DNA from: Octopus bimaculoides | Taxonomy: Eukaryota | Reading direction: 5' to 3' | Assembly (NCBI RefSeq): GCF_001194135.2 | Contig: NC_068982.1 | Location: 150,715,854 to 150,779,853 of the forward strand | DNA length: 64,000 nucleotides | Shown here: piece after piece, positions 25,201 through 35,957 of the stretch | Layout of the letters: every line of letters begins with the position of its first letter | How positions within the stretch are numbered: position 1 is the first letter of the stretch | Program-made: the position numbers and the translations under genes | The notes under the pieces: generated by a model | Told to the model about the DNA's origin: nothing | What the model saw: only the letters and a program-made list of their open reading frames with translations | Databases searched by the model: none

Positions 25201-25730
25201 ATTACCATTATTGGCAAATGCTTGCCAGATTCAGTCAAAACTTCTGAACATTTTTCTATATTCTGTAGAAGAGTCTTTTGTCTGTCTTCGCAACAATTAC
25301 TCCAGTTTTTAGAATTTTTGAAAAACGGTAAAAATATTTCCGACATTTTCAGAGAAAAGATCTTCAATGGGTTTCCTTTGATCTCACCACAAAGAATTTC
25401 TTTGCAGATAGAACTTTCAGCTATTACATTATCTGTATTTTTCCTGAGGAAATAAAGAAATATTAAGTCTTTTTCAGCAATTGACTCTGCCAGAGAAGAC
25501 AAAGTTTCTGTGCTTAATACGAGAGAGGAAGTTATGTCCGAGTTTTCAGTTGCTTTTCTATTTCTGTATACAAATAAGTACTTTGGGGAATCCACCTCAA
25601 AAAATTTATCAAGTTGGTCGAGAATTTTTTCCTGCGACAAATACGACTCAAAAACTTCTGGTTGGAATGTTTTACCAACCTTAAACGTTTGCTGTATTTT
25701 AGCAGCCACCCACCAGTGACGTTCATCCAT
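847..25730 (-). CDS. Axonemal dynein heavy chain-like gene (DNAH5/DNAH8-like N-terminal tail, DHC_N1 region), 5' part; continues beyond left edge
   Basis: Eleven exons chain in consistent phase: 25206-25730, 17113-17261, 14796-14969, 13835-14039, 12405-12548, 9167-9318, 6431-6616, 4343-4581, 3661-3785, 2655-2791, 847-967 (2157 nt, 719 codons). Motifs GLLSELKKWKRK..EQLKSKECKSVI..L, ISEAINESRDKVKYLE and FYDEEAIFSNLD are colinear with the DNAH5 DHC_N1 region as recalled. Confidence 0.88.
2655..2791 (-). CDS. Dynein-like exon 10 (DSGELNNLYCGF...EQSLDILDR)
   Basis: gatttatag acceptor, AG|GTAAAC donor; aligns with FDQDYEEF...QALRMLKKF of DNAH5. Confidence 0.85.
3661..3785 (-). CDS. Dynein-like exon 9 (TYFADEENCSILL...VLHTDLD)
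   Basis: tttttatag acceptor, GAT|GTAAGT donor, phase 1 to 0. Confidence 0.82.
3845..4040 (+). mobile_element. tRNA-type SINE, family A, 5' part (other copies about 21420-21600 +, 38735-38910 -, 47060-47215 -)
   Basis: B-box-like ggttcagtcc, gagtggatttggtagac..aaactgaaag core, then (TA/TG)n; multiple diverged copies in window. Confidence 0.7.
4343..4581 (-). CDS. Dynein-like exon 8 (acidic insert EEDTHEEKENEEKMKE)
   Basis: Open frame, A|GTAAGC donor; needed to convert phase 2 to phase 1; acceptor position uncertain (4581 or 4537). Confidence 0.68.
4587..4640. repeat. (AT)n(AC)n microsatellite abutting an exon acceptor
   Basis: Direct reading. Confidence 0.95.
5020..5646 (-). mobile_element. 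RTE LINE 3' fragment with (GAT)n tail, spanning a gap
   Basis: ORF end ERRLRWYGHVVRM...GRGRPRKTW...DRDLWKWAV; (CAT)n at 5018-5040 on plus. Confidence 0.9.
6431..6616 (-). CDS. Dynein-like exon 7 (...FYDEEAIFSNLDPLIHQMKKVIYIIETFSQFS)
   Basis: Matches FDFSEMYIFGKFETF..RL.KII region; CT|GTAAGT donor; acceptor at 6616 (phase 2) or alternatively 6606 (phase 0). Confidence 0.82.
6880..7104 (+). mobile_element. TTAA-type (piggyBac-like) MITE, family 1
   Basis: Ends ..cgggttaa; same ~230 bp body at 57630-57850, 57934-58142 and 62404-62632. Confidence 0.7.
7630..8830 (-). mobile_element. Internally deleted RTE LINE
   Basis: LALNEAAKKEV..HYERLLNKEN..KAIKSMKTGK, CERCAG..VDSFCYLG..GRLYD; same family as 18050-20031. 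Confidence 0.85.
9167..9318 (-). CDS. Dynein-like exon 6 (VQVNKTVTESLYKQLNTCIQMTNSF...ARSASH)
   Basis: tttgttgcag acceptor, AT|GTAACT donor, open frame. Confidence 0.75.
9355..9508. mobile_element. Palindromic ~150 bp MITE-like hairpin
   Basis: aagtaatgtttat..ggaagagcctc / gaggctcttcc..ataaacattactt, arms of about 70 bp. Confidence 0.7.
12405..12548 (-). CDS. Dynein-like exon 5 (IANQLAIIIKKFI...GSKDK)
   Basis: Strong acceptor ttttatcttag; IANQ matches the expected VTNQ; donor AAG|GTTGTA is weak but is the phase-0 site needed. Confidence 0.72.
13835..14039 (-). CDS. Dynein-like exon 4 (ISEAINESRDKVKYLE...LTLLLQK)
   Basis: gtgtcag acceptor, AAG|GTAAAA donor, phase 2 to 0. Confidence 0.9.
14796..14969 (-). 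CDS. Dynein-like exon 3 (TLENNLGLLSELKKW...KWKFVDS)
   Basis: ttttag acceptor, GG|GTAATA donor, DHC_N1 GP.xELxxW motif. Confidence 0.9.
17113..17261 (-). CDS. Dynein-like exon 2 (QILKVPPE...EQILAEWIANIETIVYSSDK)
   Basis: Acceptor tttccag, phase 0 to 2, probable GC donor AG|GCAAGC; resembles IEDCMKVWIKQTEQVL of DNAH5. Confidence 0.78.
18050..20031 (-). mobile_element. RTE LINE, 5'-truncated, with RT domain, 3' UTR minisatellite and (GAT)n tail
   Basis: ORF 19456-19965 FGFVPGKSTT..DLEKAFDRV..GVHQGSVLSPLLF..LLYVDDLAL; downstream frameshifts. Confidence 0.95.
21797..21868. repeat. Compound (GAC)(GAA)(GTA)n microsatellite
   Basis: Direct reading. Confidence 0.9.
22060..22805 (-). mobile_element. 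Ty3/Gypsy gag relic
   Basis: MSLFAVVNEWNSTEDYCMNYVEHLRFFFAVNDV, LLSVVGAEN, CKFGDKLNKPLKDRLVMEVQNERIQQ.LLSEKTL; frameshifts and stops. Confidence 0.75.
23772..23929 (-). mobile_element. Probable LTR of the same Gypsy relic
   Basis: TGTTGCA...TTTACA ends, TATA-like gtataaaaag, same strand and upstream of gag. Confidence 0.5.
25206..25730 (-). CDS. Dynein-like exon 1 (MDERHWW...GKHLPIM)
   Basis: ATG with in-frame upstream TAA; 175 codons; donor ATG|GTAATT. Confidence 0.88.
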
Positions 25731-25848
25731 TTCTCTGACTTATTTACTCCAACCTTCTTCAATGTTAAATAAAAACATTGATATACTAAACAACTCCTGA
25801 AAGTCATGCACAAAACTCACTGGAAAGAAGGGAGAAAGAAAATTATTT

Positions 25849-25863
25849 GTTGTCATTAGCAAC
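25849..25863. promoter_or_regulatory. RFX X-box-like motif
   Basis: GTTGTCATTAGCAAC, an imperfect palindrome about 120 bp upstream of the dynein ATG. Confidence 0.5.
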
Positions 25864-27486
25864 GTTAAGTGCTTTCGGTATATTTGATACGTTGTAACAA
25901 TTGACTCATTTTTATGACACAATTTCTATTTATATGTATATTTCGATGTTAAATAGTGTTTTTAATGAATTTAATTATAATTTAATTATTCATAACTATC
26001 TCTAGAATCTAAAACCTAGATAGTGATTTCTTAACACGAAGTAATATTTTACACTTCCGGTTGTCTGCTATTTTCAATATGTACATAAAATTCTGTAAAT
26101 AAATTTCTTTTGATCGAACTGACGTCTAGTGAAATAACCTCAACTTTCTGTAAAATGATTATTGTAGAAGCTTTCTAATGAACAGAAATGGAATCATATT
26201 TTGTGTGTGTATTTGGTGTGCAAGATTCTTGATGTGGATACGTGTGTTGAAAGAAATACAGTTAAACCTTGGGAGAAGTATTATGCCGGTAATAAACGCA
26301 CGCACTGGTTCAGTCCATTATTAATTTATAAACAGTATTTAGTTTTTTTTTTGTTAAATCATTTCATTGCACTCTTGCAATCTCTTCAGTAACTTGTCTC
26401 TCCACTTCCATTTATTTTGATATAATGGAATCGTTTAACGAATTATTTTGACTGATGAAAAATACTGAAGTAAATTTCACGAAAGGTCAATGAGCTGGAA
26501 ACAACAGCTGAATCTTATCAAATCCCTCTCCACTCACATAATAGAGGAAGGACAACACGTTTGATTATATAGAATTCATTTCACAAAATTAATTGAACTA
26601 AATTTATATGTTATTCAGTGAATTATTTAATTATTGACTGCACTAAATGTGGTTGATACTTTTGAAGTGTACACTGTCATGTGTAACAGAATACACTTGG
26701 ACAAAGAAGCAAACATTTTTTTTATCTTTCAGTGAAGAAGGGGAACTGTCCTAGGATGGTTTCTAACCTTATTGAGATCTCTTCAGGCCACTACATTATG
26801 TTGACCTCACTGTAGCCTTTAAAATTACAAAGGCACTGTTGTATTCACTTTTATTATTCTTTTATTGGTTTGTGTCAGAAACTTATTTGTTCAATCCCTA
26901 TTTGTCAAACTGCTAAGTTAAAGGACATAAAAGAATGTAACATAAGCAACACCAGTTTTTAGACTTGTCTAAAATGTATATATGGGGTTTTGCACAGTTT
27001 TTTCCCTACTAAATTCTACTTACAAGATATCAATTCATCTCAGGCTATATCAGAAGATACTCATTCTTATTCTTGTGACTATGGATAACAACTCTGGATG
27101 TGTTTCACTTTTTGTAGATCTCAGTAAAGTATAAGTTTCCCTGTACTTGCCAATGAGCCATGTTAAAGCTTGACAAAAAAATATATATTCTCAGTATGTG
27201 ATGTTAATATTTGTTAAAGAACGTTTGTTAATCCTCTCATGAACCATCAATTTGCATTTGATCGACTTGAGCTTGGATTATATTCAACTGAAATAATATT
27301 GCTATTTTTATTCACTCTTACTTTATTGTCAAGACAAAAATACCTCTCCCTCTTCTGATTAATAGATATGTTAAAGAATTTAAGACTCATTCAACCAAGC
27401 AATATTAAAAATAATGTTAAGAAGCTAGGATGTATAATATAAGTACATTTGGGTCTCTCACTGATTATGTTCCTACTAAGACTCTA

Positions 27487-28368
27487 TACGAGGTGTGTCC
27501 AAAAAGTAACTGAGTTTATTTTTTCCCACCAAAACTAATCCCACATGGGCAAAATCCTTTGGGTGGCAGGTGATGCTACCTTTTCTACACATGTGTAAAC
27601 ATTTCCATACTTGTAGGTCATGTCAGTACTTGGATGTTATACCTAGAATACAGATGTGTAGTGTGTGTTCATCAGATTTTCATTTTCACCGAATGCATTG
27701 AGCAGAGATATTGCATTAAGTTTTGCCAAAAGCTTGTTGATACTCAAGCAGAAAACAACCCAGAAGGTTCAGTAGGCTTTTGGCAGTGGTGCCATGAGCA
27801 AAACTCAGATCAAGGAAAAAGTACAACCATTTCAAACATGGCTGCATCTTAGAGAAAAGCAAGGCATGCTCAGGCAAGCCATTCACAAGTTGAAACGAGG
27901 AGTTAATTGAGAAGGTTCAGTGAATTGTCATGGAAAACCATTGGATAACAATCCAGGAAATTGCTCACAGAAAGGGAATAAACACAAGATCATTGTATTC
28001 CATTTTAATGGAAGATTTGTGCATGCAGAGAGTATTGGTGAAATTTGCCCTCAGGATGCTAGCAGAACAACAAAAGCAACTCTGCATGGAAATCGCTCAG
28101 ACATGCTGAACTGTGCAAACATAACCCACATTTCATAATAACCATCACGGGTGATGAGACATGGATTTATGGTCTCTGCTCAATCATCTTGTGTGAAAAC
28201 AAAAATCCAACAAATGTGCACTACATGTCTGTATGCAGCCTACTAGCATGAAAATTTTCATGCATATGCAGAAAGGATGGCATCACCTCCCACCCAAAGG
28301 ATTTTGCCATGCAGCATTAGTTTGGTGAGCAAAAATTAAATTCAGATATTTTTTGAATGTATCTTGTA
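27487..28368 (+). mobile_element. Non-autonomous mariner with long inverted ends
   Basis: TA flanks; about 120 bp inverted ends; EQRYCIKFCQKL and ITGDETWIYG relics. Confidence 0.85.
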
Positions 28369-28437
28369 TTCTCCTCACACTGTTTCTTCAGTACCCTCTT
28401 GTTTGTATATTACCACCATCCTTATCACTTTATATTT

Positions 28438-29380
28438 CATCATCATCATCATCATCGTTTAACGTCCACTTTCCATGCTAGCATGGGTTGGACGATTTGA
28501 CTGAGGACTGGTGAACCAGATGGCTACACCAGGCTCCAATCTGATTTGGCAGAGTTTCTACAGCTGGATGCCCTTCCTAACTCCAACCACTCAGAGAGTG
28601 TAGTGGGTGCTTTTATGTGTCACCCGCACGAAGGCCAGTCAGTCGGTACTGGCAACGGCCACACTCAAAATGGTGCATTTCATGTGCCACCCGCACAAGA
28701 GCCAGTCCAGGGTCNNNNNNNNNNGATGGCTACACCAGGCTCCAATCTGATTTGGCAGAGTTTCTACAGCTGGATGCCCTTCCTAACTCCAACCACTCAG
28801 AGAGTGTAGTGGGTGCTTTTATGTGTCACCCGCACGAAGGCCAGTCAGTCGGTACTGGCAACGGCCACACTCAAAATGGTGCATTTCATGTGCCACCCGC
28901 ACAAGAGCCAGTCCAGGGTCACTGGCAATGATCTCGCTCGAAAATCCTACGAAGGCCAGTCAGTCGGTACTGGCAACGGCCACGCTCAAAATGGTGCATT
29001 TCATGTGCCACCCACACAAGAGCCAATCCAGGGTCACTGGCAATGATCTCGCTTGAAAATCCTACGAAGGCCAGTCAGTCGGTACTGGCAACGGCCATGC
29101 TTAAAATGGTGCATTTCATGTGCCACCCGCACAAGAGCCAGTCCAGGGTCACTGGCAATGATCTCGCTCGAAAATCCTACGAAGGCCAGCCAGGCGGCAC
29201 TGGCAACNNNNNNNNNNAGTCAGTCGGTACTGGCAACGGCCATGCTTAAAATGGTGCATTTCATGTGCCACCCGCACAAGAGCCAGTCCAGGGTCACTGG
29301 CAATGATCTCGCTCGAAAATCCTACGAAGGCCAGCCAGGCGGCACTGGCAACGGTCACGCTCAAAATGGTGCATTTCATA
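28438..29380 (-). mobile_element. RTE-type 3' end with expanded 115-bp minisatellite
   Basis: (CAT)n tail at 28438; gaaggccag unit starts at 28836, 28951, 29066 and 29181. Confidence 0.85.
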
Positions 29381-29929
29381 TTTCTCCTGTGTAATATCAT
29401 AGCTAATACCTCACCATCACCTTTCTGTACTGCTCTCTCTCTCGTTGCTATCACTGCCATTTCTCAACTAGTTTCTTCCATCATGCCCTTACTTCTTTCA
29501 AACTCTTGGTCACATTCCCTTAAATAAGAAAAAATAACCAAGAATAGTAAGACTTTTTTATTCTTGCAGGGTACAAAGTGACCTCATTAGCACAAGTAGC
29601 ATTGATAAACCATACCAAAAGTGATACATATAAATGAGATGTAGTCTTCTGATCCATTTAGGAAAGCAGTTAATCTGAATAAGATGTGACTTGTCCAAAA
29701 CATGTCAGCTTTCCAACCTGGTACAAAATCATAATGATGACTTCTTCAATTTTATTTGGCAGCTGTCATATATTTTACATGTGGACTCTGATTCCAGTCC
29801 ACCTTTTGTATAAGTTAATGTTACACATTTAATGGATTACAACCAACCTATTTTTCTTCAGTATTCACAAAATTTCACATTTGACACTCTCATCTCCTCA
29901 TACCTCAGTCTATGTTTTACACAGAAAAT

Positions 29930-30270
29930 ATTGTAACTTTCATCTGTTAAACATGAACACCATGCAACTATTCCTTTAAATGGCCTTACTGTCCCTGATG
30001 ATCTTTCCTGGCAAATACACATCTTTAACATTTCAAAAGTTGCATCTTAAAGACCAACTTTTTTCTACAGAGGCGAAAAATTCGTCAGTTCCTTTCAACT
30101 ACTATACCTCTACAAAGCCCAGGTAAGATCACAATGGAGTATTACCCTTAAATCTGGGAAAGTGTTGCTGTTATTCACACACAGATATTCTAAACCTCAT
30201 CCAGAAAAACACATGACTACTTGGCATGAAATCCTTAGACATACTTCAGTCTCTGACCCACAGATAAGCT
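29930..30270 (+). mobile_element. CR1/L2(Jockey)-like LINE RT C-terminal relic
   Basis: LSWQIHIFNISKVAS..QLLYLYKAQVR..DILNLIQK. Confidence 0.6.
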
Positions 30271-32269
30271 ATCTCCTTGCTGTCTTTTCTGCTGCCACAA
30301 CAATGGCTTTTGTTCCTTGAAGCTGGTTGGTCTCATGCCATCTCTGTTCATTTGTCTTTCCTCCTTTTGTCACACATGTTATATCCAGCTTCTCCTCACC
30401 CACCCACTGTCCAGGCCTGGCACTAGCACTTGTTTGCATTAATGATAAGTTCATCCATAGCCCATCAAAAGAATATCTGAAGGGTGGCATAAAATAACTA
30501 TGAAGGCAGTTATGATTGTTAGAGACAGCATATATACAATGGACTCACTTTTGTCAAGTATTATAATTGTATTATAAAGAAAATGGCCAAGTATTTCATA
30601 GGCACTGACACTCTTAATGCAATCTTTGGATAGACTCAGTGTCACAAGGCTTGACTCTTTAAAATTAGAAATATAGGCAGCTTCTGTAGTTTCAATCTAT
30701 TCAGTTTCATTAACAAGGCTTGGGGTGGTCTTTCTGTAAACCTTTTAGCCTATAGAAAGTACAGCTTCAATTTAAATTTTGTTTCTAAAAGTTTTCATAA
30801 ACCTATAGTTTTTGTACAGTGCCAATGTTAAGTTGCATATTTGTATACATTATGATTTTAACCATTAGAATTTTTATAAATTTTTTTTTATAAGTAGTTT
30901 AACAAAGTACACTGAGGATAATCATTATTCTCATAAAAGGTATATATATATATATTTTTTTTTAGATATGTAAACTGAGATTCTTTCCTGTCCAGGATGC
31001 ATGTTAAAAAATATATAGCCATCCTAGTACAGTGAAATCAAAGCCAGAAGCCAATTTCAAATAAAATCATTCCTGATGTATTTAGATTTCTTCAAAAATT
31101 TTAAAATTTTGTCTTCACAGATTTTAGATGTACTGGGTTGGTCAGCTTCTGTATATCACTCCTAATTTTCTTCTACCCATATCATGTTGAAAGCAGATTG
31201 GTGCAGTTGGTTATGGTTGGAAAACACTACTAGAGGTTAATCTGAAACAGTTTAAACAAGAATATAATTGTCTTTGTCGTAACTGACAAGATGGAATAAT
31301 TCTCTTTCCACTGTTTCTGAGCTGTGTCTACTCAAAAACACTTATATTCAAGTTCAACCCACATGAAAAATCTGTGTATCTGAAGGATACACAAATTTTC
31401 ACGAAGTATGTAAATTTGCTAACACTTCAACATGTTTAATTATGCAAACTGTAAATAGCTGTTGTTACACTTGTCACAGCTCAAATTAAGATGGATTAAT
31501 ATATGTGTAATACAGAAACAAGACAAGCTACTTTATCTCCTTATGTACCACTTTCATTTGCCTTGTCTGTAGAACACAATATACATCTCACATTAGTCTG
31601 TAGAGCAATTACAATTAACAGAAGTAGCTGTAGAGGTTGCCAATAGATGTGATGAAACAAGAAAATAAATTCAGAAATTCACAGTAAAAACACAGAGACA
31701 AGAATAATTTGAAAAATTAATATTTTTTTGAAATTGACAAATAAATGAAAATCAGTCAATAAAAATATGTATTCATACAAATTGTGTATATATGTTGTAT
31801 TGCAGCCCTTTTCTTTCATTAACAAAAAATGGTTAAAAAAATATGTATTTCTTAATGTCCAATAGGACCTATCAACCTTTTATAGCTATTGATGTTCAAA
31901 AAGAAAACAGAGCAATTGCCTGTTTATCACACTTGTATGAGATAAATGAAATAGCAATTGAGATATCATATTAGTTGTCAACAAGAGTTGTACTGGAAAG
32001 ACATTCCCAACATTAACCAACACAAAAGTTTTGGAATGGTAAATGGTAGTGACTAGTGACAAAGAGAAAGAGTTGATGACCTAAAATATAACACAACCTT
32101 TATATATTGAAAAATTAAGATAAACACAGGTATAAATGTTTAGTTCCTACATATGGTTCCCTGTTGCAGTTATTTGGAACTCAGCATTGGATATTCCAAC
32201 TGCAATGGATCATCAAAGGAACATTTTTTTGCAGTCTCTTACAGAGATCTAATATAATACTAGATCTCT

Positions 32270-32306
32270 GAGAGAGAGATGGAGAGGGAGAGAGAGAGAC
32301 AGTGTA

Positions 32307-32359
<53 letters not shown>
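32270..32359. repeat. (GA)n(GT)n(AT)n compound microsatellite
   Basis: Direct reading. Confidence 0.95.
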
Positions 32360-33389
32360 TTTGAGTCGCATTCACAGCTACCCTAGTTGCTAGCCATAGA
32401 CTATAAAAAAACTTTTTTCAGCTTATTGAACTTTGGCATGGGAAAAGCCTAGCCTACAACTTTCTAGACCAATAAACTATTATTGTTCCTGAAAGTTGTT
32501 TTTTATACCTACCATGGATTGCTCGAAGCTTATTAACTTCCTACACCCAGAACCTTGGATCTTACAATTACATATTATTATAAATATATATATATATCTT
32601 AAGTTAGCTTTAGTGAAGTTTCAAAATATTTTATAAAATATTTTCTTTTTATTAGGCAAAACCCTAATCGTGCCAGAAGAAAAACTTGAGAGTAAATTTC
32701 ATTGATACCGGTTCTTTAAATTTGACAGCATAAGAATGAAAAGTGAAGTTGAACTGTACTAGGATTTAAGCTCAGAGCCACGAAACATTGAACTTTTGAA
32801 ACCTGTAAAATATTTAACTTATGTGTCTTCTGGTGGTAAGTTTGCAGAATAATAGACTGAATATCTTATATTATTAAGTAAAAATGTATGTTTTACTGTT
32901 TGACATACAAGACTTTGATGTCACCTATGGTAAACATTTTATGAACTAGACATCTGTTCAAATAAGACTGACTCACTAATCATCTTTGCCTTGTAAAAAA
33001 TAAGAGATTTTTGTTATTTAACATTGCTTATAACTAAGACTTATACAGGAATAGAACATTAACATTGCATTAATGCTTCAGGAAGATTCTAAGAACTAAA
33101 ATCTAGTTGTCAATAACTAACCAAAACCCAGTGTTCACTTATAAAATTTTCTTACTTTGGCATAAGGCCATACAATTTAATAAGAAGCAGCAGTTAAAAT
33201 TGACCCCTAGTATATGATAAGCACTTGTTTTATCGATGCATGTGGAAAAATGATGAAATATGAAATGGAGATGTAGAAATATGAATGGAGATGTTCCTAA
33301 AGAGAGGAACAATGGTGAAATTTGAAATGGGGACTAGAAGAATATTAAGCAATTAAACTGCGTTAATAATAATAATCACAATGATGATG

Positions 33390-33590
33390 ATAGAAAAGGA
33401 AATTCGAATAGAATGCCTGGTAGAGCTCCTAGAGAAAGTTTGTCTCTTAGGGATAGCAAGGATTGTCAGGAGGATTCTAACCACTTGAAAGACAGCTGAA
33501 AACTTGTGGATACCTAAGGTTACAGGTAGTAGCCCACCACCCACATAAATCGTACCACGAATAAGACTGAACCTGAGCCAAACCAAAATA
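33390..33590 (+). mobile_element. R4/Dong-like LINE 3' end
   Basis: IRIECLVELLEKVCLLGIARIVRRILTT* plus 3' UTR, between (AAT/GAT)n tracts; near copy at 35160-35337. Confidence 0.75.
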
Positions 33591-33804
33591 ATAATAATAA
33601 TAATAATAATAATAGTTTCAAATTTTGGCACAAGGCCAGCAACTTTGAGTGAGTGGGTAATTCACTCAACTGGTGCTTATTTTATCAGGCCTGAAAGGAT
33701 GAAAAGCAAAGTTGATTGTGGCAGAATTTAAATTCAGAATGTAAAGACGGACGAAATAATAGTAATAATAATGATAATAATAATAATAATAAGAAGAAGA
33801 AGAA

Positions 33805-34330
33805 AGGAGACTCACAGCACTATACTAGCAGTGCAAGATCAGACTTAAGCCACAAATTGGAGGGTCAACCTAAAGAAATGAGTGTCTCCATTGTGCAGAA
33901 TTCATAATGGACTTAACAAAGCCATTACCAATTTTGGTTCTTGTCCAGAACATTGTGGAGACATGATGAGGTAGCAAATAAAAGAGCAGCATTGAAAACT
34001 GTGAGAGAAGTGAGGGCTAGAGAGAAGCAAGATATGGTATGAACACAACTTATAGAAAGTGGCTGCCTCAGAGTCTTGCAAAATGCTATGGGATTTCTCA
34101 ATCTAAATGGATCAGGTGCTTGAGCACAAGCTGGACCTAGTGGTGGCAGACAAGGTGAACCACATGTGCTCTATAACTGATTGCTGTGTGCCCTTTTGAC
34201 CCATGAATAATTAAGGAAAGCGAAAAATAGACATTTACGACCTTCTTAGCTTGACTGTGGAAAATGAAAAAGGTGAAGATAGTGCTAATTATTGTTGGGA
34301 CCTTGGGGATAATATCAGAAGGTATTGAGA
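33805..34330 (+). mobile_element. R4/Dong-like LINE fragment (zinc-knuckle to REL endonuclease region)
   Basis: ETHSTILAVQDQ, RHDEVA, IWYEH, KMLWDF, DLVVADK, KIV.IIVGTLG relics. Confidence 0.75.
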
Positions 34331-35125
34331 GAATTTGAACTCAGAATGTAAAGAAGGGATGAAATGCTGCTAAGCATTTTGTCCGGCATGATAATGATTC
34401 TGCCAGCCTGCCACTTCACTTAATAATAATAATCCTTTCTACTATAAGTATAAGGCTTGAAATTTGGCAAGTGGGGTGGAAGAGGGTTAGTTGATTACAT
34501 TGACTCCAGTGCAAAACTGATACTTATTTCATTGACCCTGAAAGGATGAAAGGCAAAGTCAACCTCAGTGGAATTTGAACTCAGAACATAAAAGATGAAT
34601 GAAATACCACTAAGTATTTTGTCCAGCTTGCTAATGAGTCTGCTAGCCTACTGTCCTAATAGTAATAATAATAATTTCAAATTTTAGCACATGGCCAGCA
34701 GTTTTGAGGGAAGGGTTAAGTCGATTACATCGACCCCAGTACTCAACTGGAACTTATTTGATCAATCCTGAAAGGATGAAAGGCAAAGTTGACCTTGGTG
34801 GAATTTGAACTCAGAACATGAAGCTGGATGAAATATCATAAAGCATTTTACCCAGTGCGCAAACAATTCTGCCATCTTGCCAACTTTGTCCTAATAATAA
34901 TAATAATAACCCTTTCTATTATAGGCTCAAGGCCTGAAATTTTTGAAGAGGGGACTAGTCAATTACCTTAACCCTAGTGTTTCACTGGTACTTAATTTAT
35001 CGACCCCCAAAATGTTGAAAGGCAAAGTTGACCTCAGTGAAATTTGAACTCAGAATGTAAAGACAGACAAAATGCTGCTAAGTACCTTGCCTGGTGTGCT
35101 AATGATTCAACCAGCTTGCCACTTT
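34328..35125 (-). mobile_element. Tandem tRNA-derived SINEs, family B (3 full plus 1 partial), separated by (AAT)n; another copy at 33614-33760
   Basis: Minus-strand A-box tggcagaatc.ttag, B-box gagttcaaattc, core ctttcatcctttc.gggtcgat; (TTA)n flanks. Confidence 0.85.
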
Positions 35126-35399
35126 AATAATAACAATAACAATAATAATAATAATAAAACGCTCTGTAGAACTCCTACAGAAAGTTTGTCTCTTAGGGAC
35201 AGCAAGGATTATCACGAGGGTTCTAAACACTTGAAAGACTACTGAAAATTAGTGGATACTTAAGGTTACAGGTAGTAACCTGCTACCCACATATATCCTA
35301 CCAGAAGTAAGACTGAACCTGAGCCAAACCAAATAATAGATTTGCCTAAAACCATTATAAGTTGTGGTGACATGATATGGTAGCAAAGGTGCTACATTA

Positions 35400-35905
35400 T
35401 AAACTGGGGTCTAGAGAGACACAAGACATGGTATGAGTACAAACTGCAGAGAGTGGTGAAGTTGGAAACCTGCAAAGTCCTGGGGGATTTCCCAATCCAA
35501 ACAAATCAGGTGCTTGAGCACAACAAGCCTGACTTAGTGGTGGTGGACAAGGTAAATCCCATGTGTTATATAAATGATGTTGTGTGCCCCTTTGATCCAC
35601 AAATAGTTAAGAAAGAAGGTGAAAAAACAGGCACATACAATCCTCTTAAATATGAAATAGTCTGGCTATGGAGAATGAAGAAACTGAAGAGAGTGCCAAT
35701 TATTGTTAGGTTCTTAGGGACAGTATCAGAAAGCATCAAAAAGAAAATAAAAGAAATAGGAATAAAGTGCCCAGTATAGAGTGTCAGAATAATCAGGAAA
35801 GTTTTAGATAGTTGAAAAGAACAGATAGCATGGTATTGTAGGCTGCAGATAGCAAGCCCACTATTCATGCAAAATTCCAGGAGTTCCAACAAAGCCTGAT
35901 TTAAA
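35400..35905 (+). mobile_element. R4/Dong-like LINE 3' fragment with REL (PD-D/ExK) endonuclease
   Basis: VLGDFPIQTNQVLEHNKPDLVVVDK..INDVVCPFD..LWRMKKLKRVPIIV; ends in (AAT)n at 35905-35960. Confidence 0.85.

Positions 35906-35957
<52 letters not shown>

Noticed and set aside
27180-27300. Possible C/D snoRNA (also gtgatga near 31650)
   Set aside because: No complete C/D box pair with a terminal stem, and not intronic
28725-28835. Duplicate of about 28520-28630
   Set aside because: Starts right after a 10-N gap; typical unmerged contig overlap
28630-29380. CRISPR-like regular repeats
   Set aside because: Units are contiguous with no unique spacers, no cas genes are present, and the context is eukaryotic; this is a minisatellite
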